A DNA stretch of 64,000 bases. Source: Candidatus Thorarchaeota archaeon (GTDB taxonomy: Archaea; Asgardarchaeota; Thorarchaeia; Thorarchaeales; Thorarchaeaceae). The position numbers and the translations under genes are program-made. The stretch is taken from assembly GCA_048882325.1 (NCBI GenBank), contig JBHLRS010000002.1, forward strand, positions 131,412 to 195,411, in the 5' to 3' direction. The notes beneath the pieces were generated by a model that saw only the letters and a program-made list of their open reading frames with translations, ran no database searches and was not told where the DNA came from. This document shows, piece by piece, positions 20,809 to 31,106 of this stretch (positions are counted from its first letter, which is position 1; each line of letters starts with the position of its first letter).

Positions 20809-20896
20809 ACATACTCAGATTAGCATGACACTTTGATAAGTCTTAGTTCTAGCGTTAGTCGAAAGGTTCAAACAGTTGCTAGACTGCACGAAATTC

Positions 20897-21850
20897 ATGA
20901 AACTCGGAGAAATTTACCGAAAGATAGTCGATATGGGAATTGAGGCAGATCCTAGAGGTAGAGATAGGGTCAATCAAATCCTTGAGAAATCGAAGAAGAA
21001 TTTGGAAAAACTTGAGGGCCGAAAGAAGGAGCTAGCAGACAAGGACGTGACATGGAATCCATATACTGACTGCAGGCTCCTTTATGGAGACGAGGACCGA
21101 GAGATTGGTAGTGTGCTTGCTGGAATTGATATTGGACCGGGAGAGATTGTTCTAGCTGACAGACTTACTGATAAAGGCGAGAAAATCGACTTGGTCTTTG
21201 CGCATCACCCACACGGAATCGGTATGTCAAAATTAGATTATGTTATGAAGATCCAACCTGAGCAGTGGGCGGCATTGGGTGTTCCGATTGCTCAAGCAGA
21301 GTCTGCAATGACCAAACGAATGAAAGAGGTTCATCTCAACACAAAACCTTCCAATCATAACAGGACCACAGATGCAGCTAGACTGCTTGATATGCCTTTC
21401 TTATGTGCACACACTCCTGCAGATTCGCTAGGGTATCAGTTCCTCACCAGTTACTTAAAAGAACACGATCCACAGACGCTTGGAGACCTCGTTGAAGTTC
21501 TACTAGAAGTTCCAGAGTATCAAGATGCAGAAAAAGTCGGAGCAGGTCCAGAAATCATTGTTGGTAGTTCCAGTGGAAGTGTTGGTGAGAAGTTTGTCTT
21601 TTTCACAGGAGGCACATCACCTGGACCAAATTCCATTCCAAAGCTAGCACGCGCAGGTGTGAGTACAATTGTCACAATGCACATGGGTGAGAATATCAAG
21701 AAGGCTTGTGAGGAAGAAGGTCTCTATGTTGTAATCGCAGGTCACAACAGTTCTGACTCCATTGGAGTGAACCTGATTCTTGACGAGTTAGAAAAAGAAG
21801 GTGTCAAATCTTATGCATGTTCTGGTTTCACCAGACACAAGAGAACCTAG
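20897..21850 (+). CDS. NIF3/DUF34-like metal-binding protein
   Basis: AGID, AHHP, HTPAD, MH, IAGH..SDSIG. Confidence 0.88.
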   Translation: MKLGEIYRKIVDMGIEADPRGRDRVNQILEKSKKNLEKLEGRKKELADKDVTWNPYTDCRLLYGDEDREIGSVLAGIDIGPGEIVLADRLTDKGEKIDLVFAHHPHGIGMSKLDYVMKIQPEQWAALGVPIAQAESAMTKRMKEVHLNTKPSNHNRTTDAARLLDMPFLCAHTPADSLGYQFLTSYLKEHDPQTLGDLVEVLLEVPEYQDAEKVGAGPEIIVGSSSGSVGEKFVFFTGGTSPGPNSIPKLARAGVSTIVTMHMGENIKKACEEEGLYVVIAGHNSSDSIGVNLILDELEKEGVKSYACSGFTRHKRT

Positions 21851-21964
21851 GTGATGAAATCAAATGCTCCAGGATAGAATCCTAGAAACGTTTCATTTCA
21901 ATTGCTTTATGGGTTGCTCACAAGATTCATATGTAGCATTTATGCGGTAGCACACCCGTTGGAT

Positions 21965-23578
21965 ATGTGGGAAGGACTGACGATTGCTTTCAACATCATC
22001 GGCGGACTAGCTCTCTTTATGTATGGTGTAACTCTTCTTCGAGAAACACTTGGAAAGATATCCGGGAAAAGTGTTGTCAGGGTTCTAGAGAGAGTCAGTA
22101 ACGATCCAGTGAAAGGAATGGCGGCAGGTACAGCCGCCACATTCATGACTCAGAGTTCCAGCATAACAGTACTTACCTTGATTGGATTTGTTAATGCGGG
22201 AATGATGACATTCAGACAGTCTGTGAACGTAATGCTTGGCTCTGAGATAGGCACCACTATTACTGCTCAACTTGTTTCTTTTGATGTTGGAAACATGTTT
22301 TGGCCACTTATTGCGTTTGGTTTCTTCATTAGGATGTTCTCAAAGAAAGAAAGGATTCAATTGATTGGGACTGTAATCTTCAGTCTTGGTCTTCTTTTCC
22401 TAGCAATGGCATTCATGAAGGAAGGAGCTATACCATTAATGGAGTATGATTTCTTCAATAATCTCATCAGTGATTTCGGGGTTATTCCCATCTATGGAAT
22501 CATAATCGGAGCGTTGATTGCCGGGGTGACGCAAAGTAGCTCCGCAACTACAAGCCTAGTTATCGCAATGGGTGGAGCAGGTGTGATTGATCTTGGGGCA
22601 GGAATCGCACTTGTTATGGGAGCCAATATTGGGACATGCTTCCTTGAGCTATTTGCAGGTATTGGAGCCACGAGTCCCGCAAAACGAACTGCAATCGCTC
22701 AGACCATAATTAATGTAGTAGGTGTTGCAATTTTCTTACCTTTTTTGAAACCATTTGAAGATCTTGTACGATTGTCTGACAATCCCAGTAATTTACCAAG
22801 ACTGATTGCAAATGCGCATACCATCTTCAATGTGATAGTTAGTTTCATTTTCATTCCTCTAGTTGGTCTTCTCGTTAGATTGTGTGAATGGCTCATTCCT
22901 GACAAACAGGGAGAGGTGATTGGAAAGCATTTCTTTGATGATGAGATGCTTCACATACCTCAAGCCGCACTTCTCGAATCTGAGAGAGAACTACTCAATA
23001 CCGCAGAGAAGACAATTGAGATGATAGTCCTTAGTAAAAATGCACTCCTCTCTAAAGACATCGATGACGCACGAAGGGTGATCCAACTTGAAGATGAGGT
23101 TGACGAGAGTTGTAGGGATACTGAGGACTTCATAGACAAAATTCGCGAGGAGGAACTAAACAATGAGGATGCTATCTGGAGGATAAAACTTCTCGCCATT
23201 CTAACAGACATTGAACGAGTTGGAGACCTTGCATCCAACATTGCTGAGTTCGTGGTTGATAAGCTTAAGAACGGAATTTCATTCTCTGATGAAGCAAACA
23301 TTGGTGTTGCTGAAATGTTCGATTTGGTTGAGGAAACATACTCAACAGCTATCAAAGCCCTCAGGACTAGAAACAAAGACCTCGCAAGAGTTGCTGAGAA
23401 ACTTGAGGATGATGTGGATGTCCTTGAACGAAAACTCAAGGTATCCCATGTCGAACGAATGCGAAATGGTGTTTGTGATCCACAAGCGGATGCAGTATTT
23501 GTCGAAACTCTGAGAAACCTAGAGAGAATAAGTGATCATGCAGACAACATTGCGTATGATGTGATTATGGGCACTTGA
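21965..23578 (+). CDS. Na+/Pi cotransporter with PhoU domain
   Basis: Two QSSS motifs, GSEIGTT/GANIGT, ANAHTIFN; ERVGD and ERISDHA PhoU repeats. Confidence 0.93.
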   Translation: MWEGLTIAFNIIGGLALFMYGVTLLRETLGKISGKSVVRVLERVSNDPVKGMAAGTAATFMTQSSSITVLTLIGFVNAGMMTFRQSVNVMLGSEIGTTITAQLVSFDVGNMFWPLIAFGFFIRMFSKKERIQLIGTVIFSLGLLFLAMAFMKEGAIPLMEYDFFNNLISDFGVIPIYGIIIGALIAGVTQSSSATTSLVIAMGGAGVIDLGAGIALVMGANIGTCFLELFAGIGATSPAKRTAIAQTIINVVGVAIFLPFLKPFEDLVRLSDNPSNLPRLIANAHTIFNVIVSFIFIPLVGLLVRLCEWLIPDKQGEVIGKHFFDDEMLHIPQAALLESERELLNTAEKTIEMIVLSKNALLSKDIDDARRVIQLEDEVDESCRDTEDFIDKIREEELNNEDAIWRIKLLAILTDIERVGDLASNIAEFVVDKLKNGISFSDEANIGVAEMFDLVEETYSTAIKALRTRNKDLARVAEKLEDDVDVLERKLKVSHVERMRNGVCDPQADAVFVETLRNLERISDHADNIAYDVIMGT

Positions 23579-23608
23579 TCATCTTTTCTCAACTTGGATC
23601 ATACTCTG

Positions 23609-25057
23609 TTATTTATCAGCATCATGAAGTTTCTTTGGCTTCTCGTGTTCATGTCCGATTATACCAGGTTGAGTCATTCGTTCTGGAGAAAGTAATACAT
23701 CCAACCAGCCAGCATCCAGCAAACCCTCTTCCAAGACTATTTCGCGAACAGGCCGACCTGTATCTAAAGCCTGTTTTGCAACTCGCGACGCAGCATTGTA
23801 TCCAATCACAGGATTGAGTGCTGTAACAAGACCCACACTTCGATGAACAATATCCAGACCAGCTGGATTTGGTTTGATGCCTTTGATACACTTCTCAGAG
23901 AATATCGGGATTGCGTTTCGAAGTACCTTTAGGGCTTGAAAGAAGTTGTAGGCAATAACAGGCTCGAACGCATTGAGTTCGAGCTGACCAGACTGAGCTG
24001 CCATAGATATGACCAAATCATGACCCATGACCTGGAAAGCAACCTGTGTGACCATCTCAGGAATCACAGGGTTTACCTTACCGGGCATAATTGATGAACC
24101 AGGTTGCACAGGAGGGAGAATAATCTCATGAAACCCGCCGATGGGTCCCGAGGATAGGATAATGAGATCTCCAGCTATTTTCGAGAGATTGGTTGCAATG
24201 ACTCGAAGCAGTCCAGAAGCATGGACAAACTCGTCACCATTTTGAGTTTCGTCGATAAGGTTTTCCGCGGTAGTAAGTTCTTCAATCCCAGTGACGATTT
24301 TGAGATGCTTCTCTGCAAGCTTGATGTATTCTGGGTCAGCATTTAAAGAGGTTCCAATAGCAGTTGCTCCAATATTGTGAGTCTTCAAGATGTCAATTGC
24401 CCAACCGATTCTCTTCAAGTCCCTCTTGAGAGCTCCAGACCACGCGCTAAATTCTTGGCCAAGAGTTATTGGAACAGCATCCTGCATTTCTGTCCTTCCA
24501 AGCTTTAAGATGTCCTTGAATTCTTCAGCCTTCTCATCAAGGGCATCAACTAAACCCTGTAGATTAGACAGTAAATCTCTTAGACCGTAAATTGTAGCTA
24601 TCTTGATAGCGGTTGGGTATACATCGTTGGTTGACTGTGAAAGATTGACATGGTCGTGTGCTGAAACAGGACTCTCAGTATTTCTAGGATGACCCAGAAT
24701 CTCATTAGCACGAGAGGCCAACACCTCGTTCACACACATGTTGGTCGATGTTCCTGCTCCCCCTTGCAGCATGTCCACATCAAATTGGTCTTCAAGCTCC
24801 CCTGCAATCACCTCATCACATGCTTGGATTATTGCTCCCGCAAACTCTGGACTTATGTGTCCAAGATCCTGATTCGCTAAAGCACAGGCCTTCTTCACCA
24901 TAGCCATAGAGTAAACCAAGTTGGAATAGTTATAGAGCCGAACAAGCGACACTCCAAAGTTCTCCTGTGCACGAAGAGTCTGGATACCCCAGTATGCATC
25001 CTTTGGAATCTGTCTTGTTCCAAGCAGGTCACTCTCTTCTCTAAATTCCTGACTCAT
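23609..25057 (-). CDS. aspA: aspartate ammonia-lyase
   Basis: GGAGTSTNM, SQSTND, GSSIMPGKVNP, GQLELN. Confidence 0.92.
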   Translation of the reverse strand: MSQEFREESDLLGTRQIPKDAYWGIQTLRAQENFGVSLVRLYNYSNLVYSMAMVKKACALANQDLGHISPEFAGAIIQACDEVIAGELEDQFDVDMLQGGAGTSTNMCVNEVLASRANEILGHPRNTESPVSAHDHVNLSQSTNDVYPTAIKIATIYGLRDLLSNLQGLVDALDEKAEEFKDILKLGRTEMQDAVPITLGQEFSAWSGALKRDLKRIGWAIDILKTHNIGATAIGTSLNADPEYIKLAEKHLKIVTGIEELTTAENLIDETQNGDEFVHASGLLRVIATNLSKIAGDLIILSSGPIGGFHEIILPPVQPGSSIMPGKVNPVIPEMVTQVAFQVMGHDLVISMAAQSGQLELNAFEPVIAYNFFQALKVLRNAIPIFSEKCIKGIKPNPAGLDIVHRSVGLVTALNPVIGYNAASRVAKQALDTGRPVREIVLEEGLLDAGWLDVLLSPERMTQPGIIGHEHEKPKKLHDADK

Positions 25058-25102
25058 GAACCTCGCCACAATGCGAAATGATGCCATACCGTTAATAGAC
25101 TA

Positions 25103-26695
25103 TTAGAAGCCGGCAGCTTGGCCATCCTTTCTGTGATCAGAACCTGCAATCCATGCATCCTCTATCCTTAAGATAGCTTGACCTCCGCCAAAGTATGTAT
25201 CAGTTTCGTGGACAAGTATGTGACCAAGCTTAGCAATTTCACCTTGAATGTCGGGAGGAATGCCATTCTCCAATCCGACTTTGTTGGTTTTATGCTCGTG
25301 ATTAAACCTAGGACAATCCATTGCTTCCTGTGGACCCATTCCATAATCTACAATGTTACTGACAAATTGTGCATGAGCTTGAGACTGGTGTGCTCCACCC
25401 ATGATTCCAAAGACCCCCATTATCTGCTTGTCTTTGTAGAGGGCTCCCGGAATTATCGTGTGGAATGGGAGTTTGTTTGGAGCATAGCAGTTAGGATGTT
25501 CGGGATCCAAGGAAAATAAGTGACCACGATTCTGAAGTTTGATGCCAGTGCCAGGTGCTACGAGACCACTACCAATACCCATGTAAAGACTGTTGATGAA
25601 GGACACCGCATTTCCTTCACCATCAGCAGTTGCGAGATAAATGGTATCGTGTCCCAATTCAAGACCTGGGGCATAGACCTTCATAGCCTGCTGAGGATTG
25701 ATTTCTTTGGAGCGCTTCTTGGCATAAGATTTCGATAACAGCTCATCTATTGGAACATCATAAAAAGAAGGATCTGCATTGTGCTGATGCAAGTCAGCAT
25801 AAGCCAGCTTCTTTGCCTCAATCATTAGATGATATCTCTCAGCGCTTAGGGGAGTGAATTTTGAGAAGTCGAAGATCTCCATTATGTTCAACAGTATCAG
25901 TGCAGCAAATCCCTGTCCGTTTGGTGGATGTTCATATACATCCACACCACGATATGACGTTGAGATAGGTTCGGTTTCCTCAGTTTTGTGCGCTTCTAGG
26001 TCGTCCAGAGTAAGGAATCCACCAAACTCCTGCACTGTATTCACAATAGATTCTGCAATACGTCCTGTATAGAAAGCAGCAGGACCCTCACTAGCTACAA
26101 GCTCAAAAGTGTCAGCTAAATCCTCGTTCTTCATTATCTGACCGATAAGAGGGACCTTTCCATTTGGAGCGTATATCTCGCGAGCAGCGGTATTTTTGAG
26201 AACTCCGGGAATTGATTTCCAGCTCTGACCGATGAGAGGAGAAACGGGAAAACCATTCCGCGCATAATGAATTGCTGGAGCAAGAACATCAGACATCTCA
26301 AGTGAGCCGTGTTGCTCAACAACATAAAACCAAAGATGCAAAGCACCTGGAACAGTCACGGGAGGCCCACCTCGAGCAGGTATACTCGTCCATCCTTTTT
26401 CCATTAGTTCCTCAAGTGTTACAAGAGAGCCTGAATGTCCTGAACCATTATAGCTGAGAGGTTCTGTACTACCAGAGAGATGAATGAGTGTAAAAGCGTC
26501 ACCACCACACCCCGTGCTAAATGGCTCAACTACATCAAGCACTGCAGCGGTTGCTACAGCTGCATCAATTGCATTTCCACCTTTGCGGAGGATGTCTAGA
26601 CCCGCTTGAGTAGCTAGCGGTTGTGATGATGCAACAACACCATCCCGAGCAATAACATCAGAACGTCCAGTTGGTCTTCTCCAATACAACTTCAT
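25103..26695 (-). CDS. ggt: gamma-glutamyltransferase
   Basis: GGNAIDAAVA, GGDAF, HDT nucleophile, PFHTIIP, GSDHRKDG. Confidence 0.93.
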   Translation of the reverse strand: MKLYWRRPTGRSDVIARDGVVASSQPLATQAGLDILRKGGNAIDAAVATAAVLDVVEPFSTGCGGDAFTLIHLSGSTEPLSYNGSGHSGSLVTLEELMEKGWTSIPARGGPPVTVPGALHLWFYVVEQHGSLEMSDVLAPAIHYARNGFPVSPLIGQSWKSIPGVLKNTAAREIYAPNGKVPLIGQIMKNEDLADTFELVASEGPAAFYTGRIAESIVNTVQEFGGFLTLDDLEAHKTEETEPISTSYRGVDVYEHPPNGQGFAALILLNIMEIFDFSKFTPLSAERYHLMIEAKKLAYADLHQHNADPSFYDVPIDELLSKSYAKKRSKEINPQQAMKVYAPGLELGHDTIYLATADGEGNAVSFINSLYMGIGSGLVAPGTGIKLQNRGHLFSLDPEHPNCYAPNKLPFHTIIPGALYKDKQIMGVFGIMGGAHQSQAHAQFVSNIVDYGMGPQEAMDCPRFNHEHKTNKVGLENGIPPDIQGEIAKLGHILVHETDTYFGGGQAILRIEDAWIAGSDHRKDGQAAGF

Positions 26696-26710
26696 GCACT
26701 CCTTTTGCGT

Positions 26711-28090
26711 TCAGTCCTTTTCCAATGGATAGTCATATTCTTTCCATGATTTCAATCCGTCTAGACTGACAGCAATGTTATCAATGCCTCTCCGCTTCAG
26801 GATGCTTGCCGCGGTAGTGGCTCTGGATCCTCTCGGACATATAGTGGTGATTATACCTTCAAACGCAACGTCTTCTGCAGCTTCCTCAAGCCCTGTGAGT
26901 GGCGATGATACAGAGTCTTCAATGCGTTCTTTATCGAATTCATGGGGTTCTCGAACATCAATTACTTTCACCTCACGTCTTGTTTGCAGGGCTCCAAGCT
27001 CATCAAGTGAAAGCTCATCGAAAGATGCGGTGTCGTGTCCACTTGCGACCCATTGCTCGAGCCCATTTCTCAGATAACCTACTATGTTATCATATCCAAT
27101 TCTGTATAGCATAGACACTGCGATTTCAAGATCATTTCGCTCTTTATGAAGGATGATAGAGAATGTCTGTGATGGTCGCAAAACCCATCCGGCAAGTAAA
27201 CCCATGTTCGGAATGCCTAGACTGATAGACCCTGGAATGTGTCTTTCAAGAAATTCTGCAGCAGGTCGTGTATCGATTGCGCGATGTTGATCTTCTTCTA
27301 TTAGCTTGCTGAAACTCTCAACATCAAGGTCAGTGGGTTTAGGAAGATCGGCAACTATCGGAGGTCCTATAGTATTTAGATACTCGCAGTGCTTGAAGTA
27401 CGATGCAAGAGTTAGTCGTTGCTTTACTTTTGATTCAACGAATTCATCCTCACTCATATTCAACCAGATGTTGTTTATCCTCTCAAAACCGATTGTGGAG
27501 AACTCCCTATCACCGATGTCACCGCCGCAGACAGAACCAGCTCCATGTCCCGGATGGATAATGACTCCATCTCCCATTGGCATGACTATCTCATGAAGAC
27601 TGTTGTAGAGCTTTCGTGACATCTCCTCATGTTTCTTTTTGTCAACTAAATCAGTCCGACCTACTTCGTTTACAAAGAGTGTATCACCTGTGAATGCTAC
27701 GATAGGATCAGTTCCAACGGACATATCTGCTACAACATAACATATGCTGTCATTTGTGTGCCCTGGCGTTTGTAGACATTTGACACGCATCTTCCCAATT
27801 GTGAAAATCTCATTGTTTGAAAGACTATCATCGCCGTAACGGAAGTTAGTTTGATTTGAATGTCCAATACGAGCTGTTGGAATCATATTCTTCAGTTCAA
27901 GAGACCCTATCACGAAATCTTCGTTTCGATGAGTTTCAAAGATGTGAGTGATAATTACTTCTTCTTTATCAGCAAGATGTTTGTAGACAGAAGCATCTCG
28001 ACGAGGATCGATGACCATAGCTTCTTCGTTAGAACTTACAAAATATGAGAGCGCTGAAATCCCTTCAGACTTTATAGTTCGTATCCTCAT
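26711..28090 (-). CDS. MBL hydrolase with tandem rhodanese domains (persulfide dioxygenase-like)
   Basis: ETHRNED, TPGHT, GDTLF..GRTD, HGAGS.CG; rhodanese CPRGSR. Confidence 0.9.
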   Translation of the reverse strand: MRIRTIKSEGISALSYFVSSNEEAMVIDPRRDASVYKHLADKEEVIITHIFETHRNEDFVIGSLELKNMIPTARIGHSNQTNFRYGDDSLSNNEIFTIGKMRVKCLQTPGHTNDSICYVVADMSVGTDPIVAFTGDTLFVNEVGRTDLVDKKKHEEMSRKLYNSLHEIVMPMGDGVIIHPGHGAGSVCGGDIGDREFSTIGFERINNIWLNMSEDEFVESKVKQRLTLASYFKHCEYLNTIGPPIVADLPKPTDLDVESFSKLIEEDQHRAIDTRPAAEFLERHIPGSISLGIPNMGLLAGWVLRPSQTFSIILHKERNDLEIAVSMLYRIGYDNIVGYLRNGLEQWVASGHDTASFDELSLDELGALQTRREVKVIDVREPHEFDKERIEDSVSSPLTGLEEAAEDVAFEGIITTICPRGSRATTAASILKRRGIDNIAVSLDGLKSWKEYDYPLEKD

Positions 28091-28202
28091 TTTGGGGCAC
28101 TCTGTATCAAAGGCAGAAAACTGGCTTTTAAGATGTGAGGTCACTCTTCATTAATTCTGATAGGCAAAGATTAAACTGATGCCAATTCATAATTGAAGTG
28201 CT

Positions 28203-28673
28203 ATGGACGAACACTGTGACACAATGGAAAGTGAAGAGGGAATCATCGCAAAGACAACACTTGATGTCCTGAGGAAGGCTGCAAAGAAAGTGCTGCATGA
28301 TTACAACGAATCCATTTATGACATGGACGGAGAACCTCGCCCAGAAGGGAGCGAGATTCGCACAGGAGACACAGTTCTGTTCAAAGAGAACATGCCAACG
28401 TGTCCAGCTAAAATTCTAGCAGTTAGAATCATCAGAGATTATTGGTACATCAATGCAACCTCTGAAACTCCAAAGGGTGGATATCCATCTGGACGGGATG
28501 CTATGAAGGCTGCTGAATTGGATGAACAGAATCTTCGTATCTTAGAGCGATTCCTTATTGATACAGCTGGAGCTGACCATGTCAAGGAAGCTCGAAACTG
28601 GAAACCAGATCTAAAGGGCGAGGCAGTTGATGTCTTAAGTCTGATTGGGAATGCAACAAGAAGATACTCATGA
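28203..28673 (+). CDS. hypothetical protein
   Basis: 156 aa ORF with ordinary composition, filling the intergenic space. Confidence 0.7.
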   Translation: MDEHCDTMESEEGIIAKTTLDVLRKAAKKVLHDYNESIYDMDGEPRPEGSEIRTGDTVLFKENMPTCPAKILAVRIIRDYWYINATSETPKGGYPSGRDAMKAAELDEQNLRILERFLIDTAGADHVKEARNWKPDLKGEAVDVLSLIGNATRRYS

Positions 28674-28721
28674 AGTGTTCGTCACTTTTATTAATCGTAC
28701 CAAATTCGGGGTTAATTGGAT

Positions 28722-29297
28722 ATGAGAATATTGGAGAGGCTTCGTCAGAAAATCGAATGGGACAGGTGGCCCGAGTATGGCAAGACGGGTTTCTTCATTG
28801 CAATAATTATTGGAGCCACTCTTGGAGGCTATGGGCTCTTCATGATAGGATTGGGTACACCGACTCCACTGGTTGTAGTAACTAGTGGGTCAATGTCACC
28901 GACACTTGAAAGAGGACATCTACTCGTTCTACAATCACAAGCTCCGGAAGATATCATAGTCGGAGACATTGTCGTGTACAATGCAGACTGGCACACAGGT
29001 GCGCCAGTAGTGCATCGGGTTGTTCGGATAGAGATTGTGAATGACGAGTACAGGTACTATACAAAAGGAGACGCGAATAACGACGAGGATTGGGGTTATA
29101 GGACATATGATGACATTGTTGGAGTTGTGATCTTTGCAATTCCATGGATTGGAAATATTACGTTATTCTTGCAACAACCAGGAGTATTGCCAGCAGTAAT
29201 CGTTATTCTCATTGTGCTAATCATCCTTCCAGAGTTCTTGCCAAAGAAAGATGATGAAGATCAATTTGAAGAAGCTGCATCACAAGATGGTAATTAA
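28722..29297 (+). CDS. signal peptidase I (archaeal/Sec11 type)
   Basis: VTSGSMSP, GDIV, VVHRV, TKGDAN. Confidence 0.93.
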   Translation: MRILERLRQKIEWDRWPEYGKTGFFIAIIIGATLGGYGLFMIGLGTPTPLVVVTSGSMSPTLERGHLLVLQSQAPEDIIVGDIVVYNADWHTGAPVVHRVVRIEIVNDEYRYYTKGDANNDEDWGYRTYDDIVGVVIFAIPWIGNITLFLQQPGVLPAVIVILIVLIILPEFLPKKDDEDQFEEAASQDGN

Positions 29298-29364
29298 CCC
29301 TAAATGTGATTGCTCAAACTGCCGCGTTTGCATTCCAAAAATAGTAATATCACTAATAATGACG

Positions 29365-30972
29365 TTAGTTGAATAAACTGTCAATAAGACCAGTGAGTGA
29401 TTCAGCATATCCATGCGGCAGAGTTCCTTCACTTGCTTCACGAACAAAGGTAGTTGCAGTTTCTTCGTCAAACCTCAGAGCAAGCATCTTGTGGCCAATC
29501 TCCTCGGATAGTGCTACGAATTTGGCACCTTTCGTACTTGTTGGTACAGCAATCACAGCAGCTTTAACGGCATCAGCATCTAGAACTTTCTTGAGTCGAT
29601 TTGCAGAGTAATAGGCTGCAACTCCACCACTACGATCCCAGTCTTTCACATTGGGAAGATCAATGCCAACAGACTGAGCTGACCCTTCTTTAGTCAGTTC
29701 CACTATTGCTACCTGTTGCTTCTGTGTCCCTGCTCCAGAAACCTGTAATTCAACATCGATTCCGAGGGGTTTAGCAGCAAGTGTCAACGCTTTTACTATT
29801 GAGTCTAGAACCACAGATGCAGTCAGTTTGATGACATAGTCTTCTTGTGGTATTACCTCAGCAGATTTCTTATCATATAGAATCTCGTCTAATCGAGGAA
29901 TGAGGTGACGGATCGCTTCACGAGGATTGCCCTCGCTCTCAGTGAAAGCTGTATCAATGTCTTGGTCAGTATAAGGAAACAACGAATCTGGTGGCGGTTC
30001 AATATTCTGCTGTTGCCAGTATTTCGACATGGTTTCTGAAACAAAGGCAGCCACATCATCCCGAGTAAAAGGTTTGAGATGAACTGGAGCTTCCATTCTC
30101 GATCTTGTGGGACTATCTGCTATGTCGTAAATCTTCTCCCAGATATCCGAACTGCAAGAAGCGATTATTACTACATTTCTCGTTTCATTGTAGAGTCGCT
30201 TCAATATCTCAAGGAAGTTACGCTCTGCTTCTTCACCATATGCATTGAAGGGTCCTTCCATCTCATCAACGAATAGAACAATGGGTCTAGTTGAGCCCTC
30301 TGTCAGAATTTTGAGCATTGCAATAGTGACATCATCCTCCTCAAGGATTGTCCGAACTCCAAGGCGAGTGAGTTCATTTTCACTAAGAGCATCTCCCAAC
30401 AACCACCGACGAGCGAGGTCTCTTGTTGCTGGATCAAGTCGATACCTGAGTAACGCTTTCATCGCGTCAGAAGAGATACCCGGATAGTCAACAAGCAGTC
30501 GTTCCATAGCGTAAGTGTAATCGTAAATCTCATGTGTTACTCCCTTTACGCCACCAAATTTGGAGATGAGAAAGTCGACAGTTTCATCAAACAACTCATC
30601 TCCTGCAGTATCAACAATGCATGCGTGAAAGTGCAGAGGTATTCGGACTGGTGATGGCGGAGATGGAACATAAACTGCTAAGAAGTTCCCTGCGGCGAAG
30701 ATATCCTCCTGTTCTTTAATCACCCAATAGAGGTGGGTCTTTCCCATCCCAGCACCTCCGAGAATAGGCTGAAGCCGAGGTGTTTTATCCTTCATCGTGA
30801 ACCTCGCTACACGCCAGACAGCACGGTCTGCATCCTGATGAGGACCGGGTATATCAACGTCATCGGGTGTGTCGCCCCTTGAAACATATCTACTCAAGGG
30901 AGGATCAGTTCTCAGAATTTCCAAATACATCTTTGAATCAAAATCGGGGGGTGTATCACTAGGCGGATTAAT
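29365..30972 (-). CDS. AAA+/P-loop ATPase with C-terminal alpha/beta domain
   Basis: GGAGMGKT, LFVDEME, TRSRM, GNPRE; start either ATT 30972 (after GGAGGT) or ATG 30930. Confidence 0.82.
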   Translation of the reverse strand: MNPPSDTPPDFDSKMYLEILRTDPPLSRYVSRGDTPDDVDIPGPHQDADRAVWRVARFTMKDKTPRLQPILGGAGMGKTHLYWVIKEQEDIFAAGNFLAVYVPSPPSPVRIPLHFHACIVDTAGDELFDETVDFLISKFGGVKGVTHEIYDYTYAMERLLVDYPGISSDAMKALLRYRLDPATRDLARRWLLGDALSENELTRLGVRTILEEDDVTIAMLKILTEGSTRPIVLFVDEMEGPFNAYGEEAERNFLEILKRLYNETRNVVIIASCSSDIWEKIYDIADSPTRSRMEAPVHLKPFTRDDVAAFVSETMSKYWQQQNIEPPPDSLFPYTDQDIDTAFTESEGNPREAIRHLIPRLDEILYDKKSAEVIPQEDYVIKLTASVVLDSIVKALTLAAKPLGIDVELQVSGAGTQKQQVAIVELTKEGSAQSVGIDLPNVKDWDRSGGVAAYYSANRLKKVLDADAVKAAVIAVPTSTKGAKFVALSEEIGHKMLALRFDEETATTFVREASEGTLPHGYAESLTGLIDSLFN

Positions 30973-31106
30973 AGGTAAAACCTCCTAACGCCAGTTGCCA
31001 TTCGATTTGAAATGATTTGAATGTACCGAACCTGATAGCCGCATGATAAAAGATTATCAAGGGGCATTGAACGAAAAGAGGCTTACGAAAGGAATGTGAG
31101 GCCAAA

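Noticed and set aside
22960-23439. 159-aa antisense ORF (and similar short ORFs such as 45695-46240)
   Set aside because: Shadows of well-supported genes on the opposite strand
29365-30972. Cdc6/Orc1 with an origin, or a full BREX locus
   Set aside because: No C-terminal Cdc6-type wHTH or ORB repeats recognised; no pglX/pglZ neighbours
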